A stretch of DNA of 63,402 nt, the filler included, from Octopus bimaculoides (taxonomy: Eukaryota): assembly GCF_001194135.2 (NCBI RefSeq). It is 8 parts of 7 records of this genome, joined end to end, with 100 filler letters (N's around TTAATTAATTAA, not from the genome) between each part and the next. Parts side by side here need not be neighbours in the genome. Positions count along the whole stretch, not along the records: positions 9,180 to 17,797 come from NC_068986.1; positions 17,898 to 43,427 come from NC_068983.1; 6 more parts are not named here. One strand, 5' to 3'. This document shows, in pieces, positions 10,987 through 25,340 of this stretch (positions within the stretch are counted from its first letter, which is position 1; each line of letters starts with the position of its first letter). The notes beneath the pieces were generated by a model. It worked only from the letters and a program-made list of their open reading frames with translations, searched no databases and was not told the DNA's origin. Made by a program: the position numbers and the translations under genes.

Positions 10987-11293
10987 NNNNNNNNNNNNNN
11001 NNNNNNNNNNNNNNNNNNNNNNNNNNNNNNNNNNNNNNNNNNNNNNNNNNNNNNNNNNNNNNNNNNNNNNNNNNNNNNNNNNNNNNNNNNNNNNNNNNNN
11101 NNNNNNNNNNNNNNNNNNNNNNNNNNNNNNNNNNNNNNNNNNNNNNNNNNNNNNNNNNNNNNNNNNNNNNNNNNNNNNNNNNNNNNNNNNNNNNNNNNNN
11201 NNNNNNNNNNNNNNNNNNNNNNNNNNNNNNNNNNNNNNNNNNNNNNNNNNNNNNNNNNNNNNNNNNNNNNNNNNNNNNNNNNNNNNNNNNNNN

Positions 11294-11338
<45 letters not shown>

Positions 11339-11462
11339 GTATGTATGTATGTATAAATGCATTTATACAGGTAGGATATATGTATATTAATGGCCTAAAA
11401 TTTTATGTATATATATTCTGCACACACACACACACATACATACACATATATATGCGTATGAA

Positions 11463-11499
<37 letters not shown>

Positions 11500-11720
11500 C
11501 TAAAACTATTTATATAACACCCACCACACCCACATCCCCAAAACGCATATCAGAGACAGTGACGTGACTAAATATATATATATATATGTACATAAACGTA
11601 TATAATGTAGTATGTATGTATGTATATGTATGTATATATACATATATATATATATGCATATATATATATATATATATATACATATATATATACATACATA
11701 TACATACATACATACATACA
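10936..11720. repeat. (CA)n/(TA)n/(TATG)n microsatellite block around a gap
   Basis: Directly visible. Confidence 0.9.
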
Positions 11721-12194
11721 TTATATAATCTATATATATGCATATTCATAAAGTAAGCTGTACAATATCACTTCCCATCTGTCTTACTTTCTCTTGTTTT
11801 CTGTGTATACGTACATCTCTGTTGATATATGTATTGTATACTTCATAAAGTTGCGCGATGAGCACACGCAGATATCTGCTCCTGGGTGTTATATAATATA
11901 TATATACGTACATACATATATAATATATATATACGTACATACATATGATTTGTGTGTATGCTTATATATATGCAAGTTTTTGTAGGTATGTACGTACGTG
12001 CAGTAACGTATGTACATGCGTAACGTATCATCATCTTATGTCTATATATCTAAGTCTGTACAAGTGTGCCATAGCTGTATGCGAAATATCAAGTCAGCCT
12101 ATCAAATCAGGAGCCAGTTTTATTTCGAGAGACGTCCATCTGAAACAGAAATATTATTGCAATGCGTATTTGCGTATGTTTGTCTGCCAATATA

Positions 12195-12262
<68 letters not shown>

Positions 12263-13175
12263 NNNNNNNNNNNNNNNNNNNNNNNNNNNNNNNNNNNNNN
12301 NNNNNNNNNNNNNNNNNNNNNNNNNNNNNNNNNNNNNNNNNNNNNNNNNNNNNNNNNNNNNNNNNNNNNNNNNNNNNNNNNNNNNNNNNNNNNNNNNNNN
12401 NNNNNNNNNNNNNNNNNNNNNNNNNNNNNNNNNNNNNNNNNNNNNNNNNNNNNNNNNNNNNNNNNNNNNNNNNNNNNNNNNNNNNNNNNNNNNNNNNNNN
12501 NNNNNNNNNNNNNNNNNNNNNNNNNNNNNNNNNNNNNNNNNNNNNNNNNNNNNNNNNNNNNNNNNNNNNNNNNNNNNNNNNNNNNNNNNNNNNNNNNNNN
12601 NNNNNNNNNNNNNNNNNNNNNNNNNNNNNNNNNNNNNNNNNNNNNNNNNNNNNNNNNNNNNNNNNNNNNNNNNNNNNNNNNNNNNNNNNNNNNNNNNNNN
12701 NNNNNNNNNNNNNNNNNNNNNNNNNNNNNNNNNNNNNNNNNNNNNNNNNNNNNNNNNNNNNNNNNNNNNNNNNNNNNNNNNNNNNNNNNNNNNNNNNNNN
12801 NNNNNNNNNNNNNNNNNNNNNNNNNNNNNNNNNNNNNNNNNNNNNNNNNNNNNNNNNNNNNNNNNNNNNNNNNNNNNNNNNNNNNNNNNNNNNNNNNNNN
12901 NNNNNNNNNNNNNNNNNNNNNNNNNNNNNNNNNNNNNNNNNNNNNNNNNNNNNNNNNNNNNNNNNNNNNNNNNNNNNNNNNNNNNNNNNNNNNNNNNNNN
13001 NNNNNNNNNNNNNNNNNNNNNNNNNNNNNNNNNNNNNNNNNNNNNNNNNNNNNNNNNNNNNNNNNNNNNNNNNNNNNNNNNNNNNNNNNNNNNNNNNNNN
13101 NNNNNNNNNNNNNNNNNNNNNNNNNNNNNNNNNNNNNNNNNNNNNNNNNNNNNNNNNNNNNNNNNNNNNNNNNNN

Positions 13176-13221
<46 letters not shown>

Positions 13222-13397
13222 CCTGTCTGCCTGCCTGCCTGTTTGTCTATGTATGTATGTATGTATGTATGTATGTATGTATGTATCTATCTATTTGTAA
13301 GCCTATGATTTTTTGAGGGTATTGAAAGTTATATATATATGTATGCATATCATTAATATCCTGCCGGTCACACATGTATAAACGCCTGCGCATATGG

Positions 13398-13442
<45 letters not shown>

Positions 13443-13456
13443 NNNNNNNNNNACAC

Positions 13457-13500
<44 letters not shown>
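12195..13500. repeat. (CA)n, (TCTG)n and (TATG)n microsatellites flanking a 913-N gap
   Basis: Directly visible. Confidence 0.9.
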
Positions 13501-13501
<1 letters not shown>

Positions 13502-13570
13502 TTGACGCACACTGACTCAGGCACATATAGACGCAAACATACATACACACCTGTGTGTATATACGTTGAC

Positions 13571-13802
13571 ATATATGTATGTATATAAAGATGCATACAC
13601 ATACATGTATACATACATACATCTATATATATACGTATGTGCATATATATCTATATATATATGTATGTATATAAAGATGCATACACATACATGTATACAT
13701 ACATACATCTATATATATACGTATGTGCATATATATATATATATATATGTATGTATATAAAGATGCATACACATACATGTATACATACATACATCTATAT
13801 AT
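13571..13802. repeat. 86-bp minisatellite built from AT/AC microsatellite
   Basis: AAAGATGCATACAC recurs at 13587, 13673 and 13759 (period 86) and runs into a gap. Confidence 0.9.
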
Positions 13803-14517
13803 NNNNNNNNNNNNNNNNNNNNNNNNNNNNNNNNNNNNNNNNNNNNNNNNNNNNNNNNNNNNNNNNNNNNNNNNNNNNNNNNNNNNNNNNNNNNNNNNNN
13901 NNNNNNNNNNNNNNNNNNNNNNNNNNNNNNNNNNNNNNNNNNNNNNNNNNNNNNNNNNNNNNNNNNNNNNNNNNNNNNNNNNNNNNNNNNNNNNNNNNNN
14001 NNNNNNNNNNNNNNNNNNNNNNNNNNNNNNNNNNNNNNNNNNNNNNNNNNNNNNNNNNNNNNNNNNNNNNNNNNNNNNNNNNNNNNNNNNNNNNNNNNNN
14101 NNNNNNNNNNNNNNNNNNNNNNNNNNNNNNNNNNNNNNNNNNNNNNNNNNNNNNNNNNNNNNNNNNNNNNNNNNNNNNNNNNNNNNNNNNNNNNNNNNNN
14201 NNNNNNNNNNNNNNNNNNNNNNNNNNNNNNNNNNNNNNNNNNNNNNNNNNNNNNNNNNNNNNNNNNNNNNNNNNNNNNNNNNNNNNNNNNNNNNNNNNNN
14301 NNNNNNNNNNNNNNNNNNNNNNNNNNNNNNNNNNNNNNNNNNNNNNNNNNNNNNNNNNNNNNNNNNNNNNNNNNNNNNNNNNNNNNNNNNNNNNNNNNNN
14401 NNNNNNNNNNNNNNNNNNNNNNNNNNNNNNNNNNNNNNNNNNNNNNNNNNNNNNNNNNNNNNNNNNNNNNNNNNNNNNNNNNNNNNNNNNNNNNNNNNNN
14501 NNNNNNNNNNNNNNNNN

Positions 14518-14568
<51 letters not shown>

Positions 14569-14776
14569 ATTATATAAATGATTATATATATATATCTATG
14601 TATATATATATATATGTGTGTGTGTGTATATATATATATATATGTATATATATATGCATATATATATATATATGTATGCATATATACATATATATGTATG
14701 TGTGTGTGCTTGTGTGCGAATATATATAGACATACATATATTCATATACGTATCCACGATTAAGTGGGCATATATA

Positions 14777-14815
<39 letters not shown>

Positions 14816-14881
14816 ATAGATTTCTATAAGCATACACACGCATGTATATTTGGGTGCGTGTGTGCAAATGTTAGTAAATGC

Positions 14882-14929
<48 letters not shown>

Positions 14930-15321
14930 TTATAAAAATTACGTCACTGGAATGCTTTTGATCATTGGCCTGCTCGATCAGCGAAGATCTGGGATAAACA
15001 GCAATAAAGGGAGCCATAGGAATCGTAATCTAACTGTACAAAATGGTGCCGTCGATTGATGTGAAAAATAATTCAATGTCGACCTTTTTATTCATCCAAA
15101 ATATTCTTCTTTTTTTGCTTTTTCTGCAATATCATTGTTTTCAAATATAACTTGTGTATCTACCTTTTTACTCTAACGATGAACATGTCAATAAACATCA
15201 GGTGTCGTTATAGAATATTCTCTATTTCTCACTATCTGTCACCCTCTCTTTATCAATCTTCGTTGAGCCCTGTGTGGCTAATAAAAGAAATGTATGTGTC
15301 CGTCCTCCCGTCTACCTGTTT

Positions 15322-15345
15322 ATCTATCTATCTATCTATCTATCC

Positions 15346-15377
<32 letters not shown>

Positions 15378-15517
15378 CTGTCTGTCTGTCTGTCTGTCAG
15401 TCTGTCTGTCTGTCTGTCTGTCTATTTATCTATTTATCTATCTATTTGTCTGTCTGTCTGCCTGTCTGCCTATCTGTCCATCTGTCTGCCTATCTGTCCG
15501 ACTGTCTGCCTGTCTTC

Positions 15518-15566
<49 letters not shown>

Positions 15567-15735
15567 CGACTGCCTGTCTGTCTGTCTGTCTGTCTGCCTG
15601 CTTGCCTGTCTGTCCATCGCTCTGTCAGTCTGTCTATTTGTCTGCCTGTCTGTTTTTCAGTTTGTCTTTCTGTCTGCTTGCCTGCCTGCCTGCCTGCCTG
15701 TCTGTCTGTCTGTCTGTCTGTCAATCAGTCAGTCA

Positions 15736-15770
<35 letters not shown>

Positions 15771-15840
15771 CATCACTCTGTCAGTCTGTCTATTTGTCTG
15801 CCTGTCTGTTTTTCAGTTTGTCTGTCTATCTGCCTATCTC
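15322..15840. repeat. (TCTA)n/(TCTG)n compound array with a 157-bp higher-order duplication
   Basis: TGTCCATC(G/A)CTCTGTCAGTCTGTCTATTTGTCTGCCTGTCTGTTTTTCAGTTTGTCT occurs at ~15610 and ~15767. Confidence 0.9.
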
Positions 15841-16407
15841 GTCCTCTATAGTTATCCTCGTTTCTACTTCCAACATAACTCAATTTAAAACAATATAAAG
15901 TCATTCCTTCGTCATATCTATATGTCGACAACAGTTTCCCTTCTACTCCCTTTCTCTTCCATCCCTTTCCCATCTTCCCCTCTTTTCCCTCTTTTTTTCT
16001 CAATCTTCCCGCTCTCCCTCTCTCCCTCTCTCAATCACGCTGTTTCTTTTATTTTACACTCTAGATGCCATTCTCTCGCCATATTGCAAACCGTATCGTT
16101 CCGAAATCTAGTGGACACCACATGGGGTTACACAAACACAACGCCCACATATTTATGATATGATATATTGTTTATATTAAATCTGGCTCGATAGGTCTTT
16201 TGAGATTAAATTTATAAATACACGCATACACGTGTATATACATGCATACATAATACAAACTTATATACATGCAATCATAATATAAACCACGTACAAACCT
16301 ATTTGCCTATATACCTACACACACAGAGACACACAGACACACACACATATACGTGTATAAGTACATGTATATTTATATCTAAATGTATGCATTATATATA
16401 TATGTAT

Positions 16408-16498
<91 letters not shown>

Positions 16499-17368
16499 AT
16501 GCAGGTGAACTTAGTCCGTCTCATAAATTTATTAAAGCATACTTTTAGATATCAAAATTCCGGAAAACTTCATAGAAACTGAAGTCTTCATTTAACCGCA
16601 ATGCTACAGTTCGAAAATATGATGTATTCCTAAGCCTAAATACAACTCTTGATTTCTTAAGTGGGCACCGTGCAGTGGTTGTACAGTTGTAAAACATGTC
16701 AGACCAATGGGCAGAATTCTGCTTGAAGCACACCATATAAACCCTCATAACTTTTTAATTTTTTTCGTAATTTTCAGAAAATTTTTACAAATTTGTATTC
16801 TACACACGGGAATTCACGCAATTATGAAAAAAAGAAGGAAAAAATTAAGGTTTCGAAATTTAATCTGAGGGAAATTTGGTTGTTACTTATGTCAGATTGA
16901 ACGATCATGTGAAGGTGCCCTCACTGGATCGTAATAAAGATAAATTATTGGATGTGGTGGGTATAATGCTACATAATTTGAAGAAGAAAAAGATATAGCC
17001 GAGTTATACAGAGAGCATCTCGGCCCGAAGGAAGTTAGACGACCAAACGATAACAGAACTGCGTCTCCCTTGTTAATTAATTATTTACTTCTTTCGTCCC
17101 TTTCCTTTCTTGATAAAGAGTCGTTACTCGAATCATTGAAGCTGTTACCTATTCCGCACAACTCAATACACTAATTTCCTTTATTGCTTATTATATATAT
17201 ATATATAATTATGTTCTTCTGGATTGCTTTCGAGGACTTAGACCAAGACTGTGCGCGGACGCATACACACGCATACATAAACACACACAATCACATATGA
17301 ACAGAAACACACAAGCACATGTATAATGTATGTATGCGCGAATGTGTGTGTATATGTTTGTATGCTTG

Positions 17369-17419
<51 letters not shown>

Positions 17420-17438
17420 TTGTCTATCTATCTATTTG

Positions 17439-17484
<46 letters not shown>

Positions 17485-17501
17485 NNNNNNNNNNTCCGAT
17501 C

Positions 17502-17534
<33 letters not shown>
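17369..17534. repeat. (TCTA)n microsatellite
   Basis: Directly visible. Confidence 0.95.
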
Positions 17535-17537
<3 letters not shown>

Positions 17538-17899
17538 CAGACACAAACACATACACACACAAATATACACGCACATCTATACACGCATGCACACATGCAC
17601 GCATGGCTAATATCAATTAAAGTATATGTATTTCAAACATAAGAAACAGAATCATTGAGAGGTGAAAAACACTCACCCCCCCCACCACCATGCATACATA
17701 TACACACAGTGAATGTAACTGAAAAATTTCGAAAAGAAGAACATAATAAATAACAGTTTTTACTTGTTAAATTTCCATAAAAATCACGTTTATATTTNNN
17801 NNNNNNNNNNNNNNNNNNNNNNNNNNNNNNNNNNNNNNNNNTTAATTAATTAANNNNNNNNNNNNNNNNNNNNNNNNNNNNNNNNNNNNNNNNNNNNGG

Positions 17900-18215
17900 G
17901 CTTATGTCGAACGACTGCTGTCAGGTGTGGGACGAGTCGGTTTATCAACCGAGTCTATCGTCAATATCGTCACGCCTCCTTCCTTTAAACGGAAAGGAAG
18001 GGCTGTATTTATCGTACTTGTGTCTATGGCGAAAGAATGCATCTGGTGGACGCGTCTGAAAGGATTAGAGACAAATACTTTCCTCTCTGGTCAATCTCTG
18101 ATCAACTTTTTCAAGTATCACTTGAAAAGGAAGGTGAGAGTAGAGAGGCAAGTGTTGTCTAGCAAATGTTTCGAAAAAAGATGGATACATGTAGCAAGAA
18201 TGGCACGTATAATTG
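17900..18215 (+). pseudogene. L1/Tx1-type LINE ORF2 C-terminus
   Basis: Open frame AYVERLL...VSMAKECIWWTRLKGL...LINFFKYHLKRKVRVERQVL...FEKRWIHVARMARI, resembling the region after the RT zinc knuckle in L1/Tx1 elements. Abuts a scaffold spacer. Confidence 0.6.
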
Positions 18216-18301
18216 ATTCTAGAGCGATTATTAAGATCTATATATCTTTGATTTATATTACTGTGCATAAAGGTGTCTTCGTGTATATCTTGTATATTTA
18301 G

Positions 18302-18485
18302 ACACAAAGCGCGTAAGGCGAAATACTTTGTGGGATTTCTGGCTGGCAATTTACTTTCTAAGTTCAAATTCAGCTTTTCATTTAATCCTTTCGGAGTTGA
18401 TAAAATGAATCAGTACTGTGGTCGATGTAATCAACTATACCCCGCCCCAAACTTTCATACCATTTGTAATAAATAGAAATTGTAT
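18302..18485 (+). mobile_element. SINE family A, diverged
   Basis: AAGTTCAAATTC...ATCCTTTCGGAGTTGATAAAAT...GGTCGATGTAATCAACT. Confidence 0.6.
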
Positions 18486-19076
18486 CTGTTCATTGAATCG
18501 AGTACTATTTCGACAGTGTCTTTGGCACCTTCGGGTACAAAATGAAAAAAAAAACAACAAAAAAAACAGAAAAAAATGAGAAATGGAGAAAAAAGAATCC
18601 ACAAGTACGTAAATTCAAAATATGAACGCGAATTTCATGGTGTTCGTTTTCGTTCTGTCTTAACTGTTACAATGAAGGTGAATAATAGATAGAAGAAAAA
18701 TAAAGCAGAAAAGAGGGCATTTTGTCAACAGATGGGTAAATGTGACGGAATTCGCCTGCCATTTTGTTAATTTCACCAATGCATGACGTCAATAATTTAG
18801 AAATATATTTATGTTCATGTATTCTGAGGACTGAAAGTGCGGTAGAGCCAGAGAGTTTACTTAGAAAATGCATTTAGGAGCTTCCTTGATTTACAGCCGT
18901 TTGATATAAAATGTTCAACAAGTACTGTTCAACTACTCTTATTATCCTTGACGTCATACTCATGCTCGTTAAATATTTTATTTGTGTAACCAACATAAAT
19001 AGTGTTTATTTCATTCCGCTGTGTACACCAAATTCTTACCGATCCATCTTTTGTAAAAATGATAACATTTCATAAC

Positions 19077-19475
19077 AGGCGCAGGCATGGTTGTGTTGAA
19101 AGAAATTTGCTTTCGAACTACATGGTTCTGTGTTCAGTCCCACTGTGTGGCAGCATGGTCAAATGTATTCTACAATAATCGCGAATAGACCAAAGCGTTG
19201 TGGATGGATTTGGTAGACGGAAATTGAAAGAAGATGGTCATGCGCGCGCGCGTATTTATGCTTCTTCGTATCTGTGTTTGTCCTCCACCACTGTTTGACA
19301 ACAAATGCTGCTGTGCTTACGTCCCCATAACTTGGCAGTTCGGGAAAAGACATGAATATAATAAGTACTAGGCTTTAAAAATAGACCTGTGTTCGATTTG
19401 TTCCACTATAAACCTTAAAGGTGGTGCTCGAGCATGGCCGCAATCAAATGTCTGAAACAAGCAGAAGATAAAAGA
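19077..19475 (+). mobile_element. SINE family B (tRNA head, internal microsatellite)
   Basis: GGCGCAGGCATGG head, GTTCAGTCCCACTG B-box, GGATTTGGTAGACGGAAA body, and CATGGCCGCAATCAAATG tail shared with other copies. Confidence 0.8.
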
Positions 19476-19899
19476 TTTCTGTTATAGTTTGTGATAGAAT
19501 TAACTAGATTCGTGTAGCACAATGAACAGGGATTACCTGTCTTGCCGCTGTTTTACAGTGTTCAGAAACTCCAACGCTGAATTTATTGAGATTAGGTGTA
19601 GTCGTTAGTAATTCTCTTAACCTTTAATTGCGTGTAAAGCTATAATATACGGATGAAGGGATACATGTTTGAAGCGAAGATATTTTTCTGAAATATGCTT
19701 GTAACTTTCATGTAACATGTTTGAAATAAAGTCGAAATTTTCGTGCCAGTTTATCACTAAAATAATTCGGACACAAGTTCTACTTTCGCTGCTAATATTA
19801 TGCGTCTATGCTTAGACTTTCAATATTTTGTCGTTTGCAATTACCTTTGATTGTGATTCAGTATAACGCATTTGACAGACTGGCACACAGTTGCATTTG

Positions 19900-21720
19900 T
19901 TTCTCGCGAAGTCTTCCGAAGATGGCATTTAAATGTTTACTAAGACTCTCTTCTGTTTTAGCAAAAACGATTATATCAACTTGGAAGCGATGAAAGTTTG
20001 TAGTTCGTTGACCACTACATTGTCTATAGCATGCTGAAAAATAACAGGACTATTTTCCAAACCTATATGTAATCGTGTAACCAAGTATACGGCAGAAATG
20101 ACTCAACGCTGCAAATTGTTTCGGCATTGAGCAGGTCACGACCTAGTAGATCATACTTGTAGTTACCTTGGATCATTTTATAAGTATGGGCGAATTGCCG
20201 ACCTCCTCGCTTCACTGAAAGGCAAGCGTTCGCAATTCATTCCATGCTGTGCCCACGCTCAATGTGTCAGTCATGACGCAAATATCTGAATTTTGCAACG
20301 ACAATTCACAAGAGGTAGTCATTGCATATACCAAATCGATCGCACAAGATAAAACGAGAAATTGAGCGACTAATCCTGTTACGGCTGTGGAAAACTCTGG
20401 GTTCCACACCACATATGCCCTGCAATAAGAACTACCTGCAAAAACGATCACACGGCAACACTCTTCATGTGAATCGTACGTAAGGCACTGCGGCGAGATA
20501 ACAATTCGCAGGTTACGGCTAGTTGATCTTTGTTCCTATACCGGTGCTTACGTAATAAGCAAATTACAAAACTTGACAGTGGTGTCGTTGATAGAGCAAG
20601 GAAAGTCTCTTGGTGACATAAACTTACAGTCGATCAAATACAATTCAACCAAGTTGATAGCATTCGAAGCAAATGCTTATTGTGGACGAGAAGAATAACT
20701 TACAAGATAATGATCAAAGTCATATGGCTATGAAATTGACTCCTTTGATAGGAATGCAGGCAAGAAAAGTTATCCGAAATAATATCCCGAAGAATATAAT
20801 GAAAATGACTTTCGATGACCTAAAAACATTCCATTCTCAATAATGTTGCTTTTTCAAAGAAACTGATCTTTGCCGAAAGAACAAGATTCTTCTTCACTAT
20901 TCAACACCCAAATGAGTCAGTTTCTCAGTTTCGTTCCAATCTGAAACACACCAGTGAATGCTGCGATTGTGAAAGTCTGAAAACGTCTGAAACTTGAGTA
21001 GATGTAAAATTCATATTTGTCTCAGATTGTTGTCGGTCTAATAAGCAGCGAAGAAAGAGAGAAAGTTCTTCAAGCTAATGAAGTTAAGGACTTCCGTTTA
21101 GAAGCTACAGTATAACATTTAGAACGTACTTCACAAATATTGAACGCGAATCATTTGCCACCCTCTGTCCCATTACCCGTCCCAAACAATTTCTGCTAAG
21201 TAAAAGGTTCCACCCCAAAAAGCCGATCCTTACGAATGTTTCTACTAGATTCGGGCGATCGGCTAGTTAATTCATGGCGTTCGATTTTGATATATTACAT
21301 ATCTCTAGCTCTAAAATTCCCCATGTTGACGCAATGTTGTAGTTGCAAATAGTAGACGAGGGATCCATTCGGAGGTACTTCCATCGATCGTGTGAAAAAT
21401 GTTACTGAATACGACAAACGCATTTAGCGAAACAAAAGGACTTCGCAAAACAAGTGCGAGCTCCCTTTCAAACGTATGCATGATCAACAAACAATAGAAG
21501 GCGAGCATGTTTGTTCCCTACCAACTACGCAACGGTCATGATACATATTTGGGTATTCAACAAATATTCAGAAAAATTACACTTGAATTCTCGTGGCCAA
21601 ACATGTCTCAAGTTATGACTACGTTCATTTCTAACTGGGCTGCTTGTCAGCACGATTGAATCACGAAAGACTATTCGACAGCGATGTGTAATAAGGATGG
21701 TCATTGTGAACGTATTCACA
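19900..21720. pseudogene. Heavily degenerate hAT-like transposase remnants
   Basis: Plus-strand FIPCCAH (CxxH) near 20245 and FQSETH near 20935. A possible TIP....VE.VFS dimerisation motif lies on the minus strand near 21660-21710. Many stops and inconsistent orientation. Confidence 0.3.
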
Positions 21721-23073
21721 TGGATTGATCTTTCATAAACCGGGTTGGCAATTTACTCATTGTATTCCAACTACATCAATGTCATCCCTTGTACCTCACA
21801 CAAAATAGCTATCCATCAAAGTAGAGAAACCCGAACCTCAAATGCATGGAGTCGACGAGATAATGATTGGAATAAACTGGCAATCCGGCAGAAATATAAA
21901 GCATCCATTAATTATTAATTAGAAGTTTAATACACGACAAATTACAGTAAGCAGGTTATCTCTACAGGTTATTCAGCAATAAATTGCAGAGCCGTCTTTC
22001 TGAGCCCGAGAGACTTTGTGGACTCGGGAGACTACCAGAATCAAAAGAGGTTAGAGTAATTAAAGATTTACTAACTGCAAACAGCAATACAACTGCCATA
22101 CAATGTCTGACTGTAACAATAATTAAAATGGGCAGACGTTTCCTACACAACTATAAAATACGTCATTCAAAACTATTCAACTTCGTCTGCATTTTTAAGT
22201 TCCAGGTTTCAAATGTGCTAGAGCACATTCATTTCAAAGTCAGAATTGATACAATATCAAAAACATTAATTGAATATACAGAACATTTATACTAATAACC
22301 GTTTCTACGTATTCAGAGAATTCCTATTCAAAAAACCTAATTCAATATTTGATTTCTTAAAAAGTGTAACGTTGACAGCTTCTTTCAACATTCTTAGAAA
22401 TATAGTGGAAAGTATTCAGCTGGATAATCACGTCACAGATCACATGTACTTAAAGCACGTGTGATAGTTGAAACAATGAGTTGCTGTGCAAGAAATGAAC
22501 GTGCTAGTAATAGCAAAACAACAATGCTCACAGATAAAATACACTTGTTCAAAAGCGAAGTCAATCAAAGCTTTCCTGGAAGTATATGAAGGATAACAAC
22601 AATAACGACAGGAGAGCAGGTTGTCTTCTTTTTTATTCATTATCAAATATTTGAAAAAACACCGGACTATTTTGACGCCGGAGTAGTACTGGTGACAGAG
22701 TTACTATATAACAGATGCACCCAATCACCTTGTCTACAATGAATTTCCCGTTTATCGATATTTCTTTCTATTGTTAACCAACAGGCACATTTCGTCTCTG
22801 TTCTTCTCTTCTAAACACTCGCAACATTAATAATTTACGGTGATCATTATATTATGAACATTTTTCAGAACTAAGAATATTATTTCCAAGTTACAGTTGC
22901 CACTTCACAAAGTAGTGCAGTATGACCAATATAAGAGTCTACATGATGGTTAATATATATCTCGAATACCAAGAGTTGCTGCTAAAATTAATATAATTTC
23001 AATAGTAGACATAATATATAGTGTCACCTGCGGAACAAATGGACCCCGGAGCTTATTTTTTAAAGCTTGGAAC

Positions 23074-23319
23074 TTATTCTATCGGACACTTTAACTGAAC
23101 CGCTAAGTTACAGGGGCGTAAACACACTAAGGCCGGTTGACAAGCGGTAGTGGGGGATAAACCCAAAGAAACACATACACAAACATACATACATACGCAC
23201 ATACATACACACATACATACATATATATATACATATATATATATANNNNNNNNNNNNNNNNNNNNNNNNNNNNNNNNNNNNNNNNNNNNNNNNNNNNNNN
23301 NNNNNNNNNNNNATATACA

Positions 23320-23353
<34 letters not shown>

Positions 23354-23516
23354 CGGGATGGTCTTGTTTTAATATCCCGCCTGCCAAATCCACTCTCACG
23401 GCCTTGGTCAGCTTCAGCTATAGTGGAGGACACTTGTTCATGTCTCCTCGCAGTGTGAGTGAACCCGGGACCTTATGGTTGAGAAACAAGGTTTTTACCA
23501 CACCGCCACGCCTGCA
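23074..23516 (-). mobile_element. SINE family B
   Basis: GAACCGCTAAGTTACAGGGGCGTAAACACAC...CCAAATCCACTC...ACCACACCGCCACGCCTGC, the reverse complement of family B. Confidence 0.8.
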
Positions 23517-23649
23517 AATAACAATGACGATTCAACGTTGTAAGGACTGGCAGTTTTAAAACACTGTACCAACTTTGAAAGACATGTAATGGATGCAGCA
23601 ATTTGTAGAGTGGAAACACCGTTTTATGGTTTAGGAAAAAGGGGTAAGG

Positions 23650-23830
23650 CAGTGCCATCACCTTCCTCCGTCTTCCGAGATGAGTGGAAAGAATTGAGGT
23701 GTTATCACCCGGCAGGAAACTTAACTCGAATGCATGCAATAGATTACATTCTTGTACAGGCACACAAAGGTTATGTGGTTGTGATAAAACTAGCGACAAA
23801 AATCATCCTAGCAACGTATTTATACGAGCA
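23650..23830 (+). pseudogene. Possible LINE AP-endonuclease C-terminal fragment
   Basis: CYHPAGNLTRMHAIDYILV resembles the TW.HP.....H.IDYILV motif. Weak. Confidence 0.3.
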
Positions 23831-24529
23831 ACATTAGCATTTCTTTCATCTTCAGGTAGCTATGAATTGTTTCTTCGAATCACAATTAATCGTCTATATT
23901 GAAATAAAAACTGAACAATATTTCGCTATTTACAGTAAGTACAGACGTTAGAAAATAATTAGTGTGCTCCTAGACGCCTCATCACGAGGATTAGTCGATA
24001 TCATTGATGAAAGAAAGTACTTCAACGGTTCTTTGTTGTACCGATCCCGAAATAAGGATACATACATTTGACGTCGACATGATTTGAACTCCGAACACAG
24101 GATGAGAAAATACCGTTGTATTCTGTAATATAAATAATAAATGATTTTCTGTTCTAAAAATGACTTATACTTTTATTGAAATTCCTTTCAGTATAAAATA
24201 TTTGATTTTAAGCAGCATTTATATATTAGTGACTTAATTAAAAGAACTCTTCCTATTTATCTTTCAAATTTCTTAACATTTTTACTATACCTTTATTGCC
24301 AAAATCAACTTTGAGTTAATGTTAAATGAAAGGGTGGTTAATGGAAACATTGTAAAGAATGAAATTCCGTGAATATTGTGTTTTCTTTCGACAAATTTGA
24401 AGTTAAAAACACAATAGACCTGTATTTATTCAATCTTACAAAGGTAATAAACATCTACCTCTACTGGCACATAAAGACCTGAAAATATATACGTAGTGTA
24501 AAGCGATTTGTTGCATCAATTTAAAAATC

Positions 24530-24790
24530 CATCCAAAACTTGGCCAGCGTGCAATCCGCCCACTACGAAACTCAAACTCCGAACACATAGGAACATTACG
24601 TCACAATTACTTTAACTCAACCGGTCCAGCTCTCTTTGATACCATACTAAAATACGTGAAAAGGGGAACGGATCCCATTAAATTCAAATGTTAACTGGAC
24701 AAATTTCTTCAAAAAATCCCGGACCAACCTCCTGCACCTGGACATGTTTCCAATAATAATAATTCTTTGCTAGCATGAGCTATGGTGCTC
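24530..24790 (+). pseudogene. CR1-type LINE ORF2 3' end
   Basis: PKLGQRAIRPL...TLRHNYFNSTGPALFDTILKYVK...DPIKFKC*LDKFLQKIPDQPPAPGHVSNNNNSLLA* matches the CR1 C-terminal GP.LFN.LP...FK..LD.FL..IPD.P pattern. Confidence 0.8.
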
Positions 24791-24945
24791 CATATTTGAA
24801 TAAAGGACTTCGCCAGGTGGTGCTATTGAGTTGAACATGACCTGGGCCTATACTGGCCGAAACCAATCGAAGTTATCAATGCAATGCACATTAAACAATC
24901 TGTCTGTGTCTTGTATGAAATAGACGTTACAATTATAATCCTGGA

Positions 24946-24989
<44 letters not shown>

Positions 24990-24992
<3 letters not shown>

Positions 24993-25340
24993 TTATACAT
25001 ATTTAAGTCATTTGACTGCGTCATGCTGGAGTACTACCTTTAGTCGAACAATTCGACCCAGCAATTATTCTTTCTATAGCCAGTACTTATTCTATCAATC
25101 ACTTTTTGCCAGTTGTCAAGCGATAGTGGGGGAGGCAAATCCAGACACACAAGTACACACACACACCTGCATACACGACGGGCTTCTTTTCAACATCCGT
25201 CTACTAAATTCACTCACAAGGATTTGGTCGGCCCGAGGCTATAGTACAAAAACACATGCTCAGTTTGCCAAGCAGTGGGACTGAACCCGGAACCATGTGG
25301 TTGGGAAGCAAGCTTTTTTTAAAACACATCCACGCCTATA
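24990..25340 (-). mobile_element. SINE family B
   Basis: GTCATTTGACTGCG...TACGACGGGCTTCTTT...GAACCCGGAACCATGTGGTTGGGAAGCAAGC. Confidence 0.85.

Noticed and set aside
10786-17642. Many long ORFs of poly-HT, IY, CV, LS or YL type
   Set aside because: They are translations of di- and tetranucleotide microsatellites and N gaps, not proteins.
21984-22646. Three 60-100-aa ORFs in complex sequence
   Set aside because: No recognisable motif and frequent stops; probably an old transposon relic, but I cannot support a call.
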